UHGV virus genome: UHGV-0212259
Source of the DNA: a virus
Length of the DNA stretch: 44,951 nt
Reading direction: 5' to 3' (one strand)
Position numbers and translations under genes: made by a program
Shown here: positions 42,896 to 44,951 of the stretch, piece after piece
Position numbering within the stretch: the stretch's first letter is position 1
Layout: each line of letters begins with the position of its first letter
Notes under the pieces: model-generated
Databases searched by the model: none
What the model saw: the letters and a program-made list of their open reading frames with translations, nothing else
Told to the model about the DNA's origin: nothing

Positions 42896-43287
42896 TTCAC
42901 CTTGTTGGCTTCTTCGTTAATGAGTTGCTGGAAGCGAGACACATTAGTCCTGACAACCCCGGCTGGCGCCTGTTGCGACCAACCATACTCCAGCCGTTGC
43001 GCATACGGCAGATTATTTGTCAGCGTGAATTCGCGCCAGTCTGCGGCTTTCAGCACGAAACTGGTAGCATTTCCGATAGCTATGTTTCCTGATTTATCCG
43101 TAGCGTCTGTAGTTCCGGAGGAAGGAATACCGTCAGACGCCATCCAGTTCATACGGAATCGGCCTGTATCTACCGGACTCGCCTTTATGATAGCGGAAAA
43201 CAGCTTGATAGACACCTGACGCATCACCTTCTCGGGGTTCTTCTTCGCCTTTTCCACGAACTTAGAGACATCGAGCGCGAAACTCAT
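42892..43287 (-). CDS. Head-tail connector / tail completion-type protein
   Basis: 131 aa, position. Confidence 0.4.
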   Translation of the reverse strand: MSFALDVSKFVEKAKKNPEKVMRQVSIKLFSAIIKASPVDTGRFRMNWMASDGIPSSGTTDATDKSGNIAIGNATSFVLKAADWREFTLTNNLPYAQRLEYGWSQQAPAGVVRTNVSRFQQLINEEANKVK

Positions 43288-43730
43288 TTTCTCACCTGAA
43301 TAAAATACGCCACGACATCGTCGTTGACCATCTTCTTCTCAATGGCTTCGATAGACCATTGCTCGCCACCAAATTGTACCTTGTCTTCCATCTTAGGAAC
43401 GACACTGCAATCGGCTTTAACAATCATGTCGCCCGCCTGAATCGTCGTACCGTTTACCAGTCCCGCGTTTACCGGAACCGGAACCGTCTTCAAAGGCAAC
43501 ACTTCGTCGGCGGACCAGACGTATTCACCGAGAACTTCATCCCACACTTTCGAGCCAGCGCGAACCAGAGATACTGTGCTGCCGAATTTGGTTAGCAGGC
43601 GTGTACCCACGCCCTGCATACGTTTGCTGAAAGCGGTGCTCATGTTGACTCCCCGCAAACCGCTAAAAATATAATTAGAGCTGTTGTTGATACCAGCGCA
43701 AACACTGATACCAAAAATTCGTACTTCCAC
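43284..43730 (-). CDS. Head-tail connector / head closure-type protein
   Basis: 148 aa, position. Confidence 0.4.
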   Translation of the reverse strand: MEVRIFGISVCAGINNSSNYIFSGLRGVNMSTAFSKRMQGVGTRLLTKFGSTVSLVRAGSKVWDEVLGEYVWSADEVLPLKTVPVPVNAGLVNGTTIQAGDMIVKADCSVVPKMEDKVQFGGEQWSIEAIEKKMVNDDVVAYFIQVRK

Positions 43731-43770
43731 AAAAAATCAGAGTTAATCCACATATTAATTATTTTACGCA

Positions 43771-44385
43771 TTACGCAGCCTCCAGTCTCGAAATAACCAG
43801 TAGCGCAGATGGTGCTGTGCCCCATGCAGTTACCGTAGCCGCTTGCGGGTATACGCCGCCGAAGTTACTCCCGGCGCTATCCCGCATAATCTGAACGGCA
43901 AACGTCTGGCCTGCGGTCGGGTTAATAACGACGCGAGACTCAATCGGGATTGTGGTATCGGCGCTAACTAGTTTTGTAGCGGCGGGTGAGCCGTACTGAG
44001 CACCGTTCAGAAGAATGCGCGATAGCAAGATAGATGTACCGCTGGCCCCAGTGCGCCCAGCTTGTAACTTGATGCGAACGGTGTAGTTACCTGCGGTGTT
44101 AAACGTAACCAGCCCAGCGGCATTAATCATTACCGGGTCGGATGCACTTCCCTGAGCGGAGCCGAAAGTTAACTGCAATGCCGTATCTACCGCGGTCGGC
44201 GCTTGTGTTACGGTCGATGCAGCACGGAGAACTTCAACCTCTTTAACACCAGGAGTGGCGTAAATAGGTGAGTCTGCCATCTGCGTCATCACTTCGCGTA
44301 GCTTCTCTGGGGTAATAAGTCCGGTGGTGTTATCGGGTAGGTTAGCGCCGATAAGAGTAAACATCTCTGTTTTAGTCTTCGCCAT
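43771..44385 (-). CDS. Structural protein (Thr/Ala/Gly-rich, beta-type), hypothetical
   Basis: 204 aa ORF in connector block. Confidence 0.4.
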   Translation of the reverse strand: MAKTKTEMFTLIGANLPDNTTGLITPEKLREVMTQMADSPIYATPGVKEVEVLRAASTVTQAPTAVDTALQLTFGSAQGSASDPVMINAAGLVTFNTAGNYTVRIKLQAGRTGASGTSILLSRILLNGAQYGSPAATKLVSADTTIPIESRVVINPTAGQTFAVQIMRDSAGSNFGGVYPQAATVTAWGTAPSALLVISRLEAA

Positions 44386-44387
44386 TT

Positions 44388-44900
44388 TTAACCCCGGTAC
44401 ACGTTAAATGAGAAGCCATTGTTAAGACCGCCACACAATAGTGGGCGTAAGGCGTCGTCAGCGGCGGTAATCGCGGTTGTAGCGCCACTGTTGCCGTTGT
44501 TGAAGTAGGTCACTGTCACCGCACCCTCAACACGCTCCGTCTGTACAGCGCGCCCATCTGAGTTAGCACGCACTTCCGTACCAGCGCCATATGTAGCGGC
44601 AGCGATTACCTGCGCAATAATTACCTGCTTCGGGATGGCGTTGTTAGCTACAGGGAAGCCATTCAACGTTACACCAGCACGAGGATACGCCAGAGACTGC
44701 TCGGCGGATACACGACGACCGCACATCTGCGGTTCTGCAAGCCCGACATAAGTAGCGCCGTTGCGCAGGGCAACTTCAGCTGCGGTATCGTCTTCCGGTA
44801 GCTCAAGGCCATAATTAGCCGCTAACGCGCGGGCGTCAGCCAGACTAATGTAACTGTCAGCATTAGGGACGATTTCACCCGTTTCCACGATTAGCGGCAT
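44388..44900 (-). CDS. Structural protein, hypothetical (head-tail joining region)
   Basis: 170 aa ORF with GAGGAA SD. Confidence 0.4.
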   Translation of the reverse strand: MPLIVETGEIVPNADSYISLADARALAANYGLELPEDDTAAEVALRNGATYVGLAEPQMCGRRVSAEQSLAYPRAGVTLNGFPVANNAIPKQVIIAQVIAAATYGAGTEVRANSDGRAVQTERVEGAVTVTYFNNGNSGATTAITAADDALRPLLCGGLNNGFSFNVYRG

Positions 44901-44903
44901 AAA

Positions 44904-44951
44904 TTATTCCTCTGATTTACGGCGACGACGCTTAGCACCACCGCCGTTGTT
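44904..44951 (-). CDS. Partial CDS (C-terminal 15 codons; starts beyond window end)
   Basis: In-frame ...NNGGGAKRRRRKSEE then TAA at 44906..44904. Confidence 0.3.
   Translation of the reverse strand, partial: NNGGGAKRRRRKSEE

Noticed and set aside
43640-43825. 61-aa minus-strand ORF spanning the gap between two connector genes
   Set aside because: Overlaps the 3' end of the upstream gene in another frame and has no RBS; the 40-bp gap is better explained as intergenic.
1-44951. tRNA genes, CRISPR arrays and insertion sequences
   Set aside because: No spaced direct-repeat array, no terminal inverted repeats with transposase, and no tRNA-like T-arm/acceptor signature noticed in intergenic regions by eye; a tRNAscan-type search would be needed to exclude tRNAs formally.

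Overview
This window reads as most of the genome of a tailed dsDNA phage with a siphovirus-type gene set and roughly balanced GC (enterobacterial-phage-like). I could not run any homology search, so every call rests on the supplied ORF translations, motifs I could read directly, and gene order; genus is not assigned. Layout: minus-strand late genes at both ends (1-9059: capsid decoration, major capsid, scaffold, spanins, head morphogenesis, portal, terminase; 28924-44951: tail fibre, tail tip, distal tail, tape measure, G/T chaperones, major tail, connectors), a minus-strand block of small early genes with holin/endolysin (9294-16005), and a plus-strand replication block (16486-28895: AEP-primase/helicase, Cas4-like PD-(D/E)XK nuclease, SSB-like protein, family-A DNA polymerase, VRR-NUC, SNF2 helicase, Toprim-like protein, two AP2-HNH homing endonucleases). 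No integrase, tRNA or CRISPR array was seen. Main hunt results: (1) a dispersed palindromic operator (GAATAG-N4-CTATTC) built into at least nine sigma70-like promoters, with an XRE-type HTH protein encoded beside a divergent pair of them; (2) three plus-strand cassettes inserted against the grain of the late operon, each with the identical 23-nt promoter/operator core and its own bidirectional terminator, carrying a lipoprotein, a Cys-rich small protein, and a four-gene set (membrane protein, HTH-metallophosphoesterase, HAD phosphatase, P-loop dNMP-kinase-like); (3) an HslV/proteasome-beta-like Ntn hydrolase immediately upstream of the holin; (4) spanins located about 9 kb from holin/endolysin; (5) an identical 19-nt element giving two replication proteins the same C-terminal TEEDLE tail.
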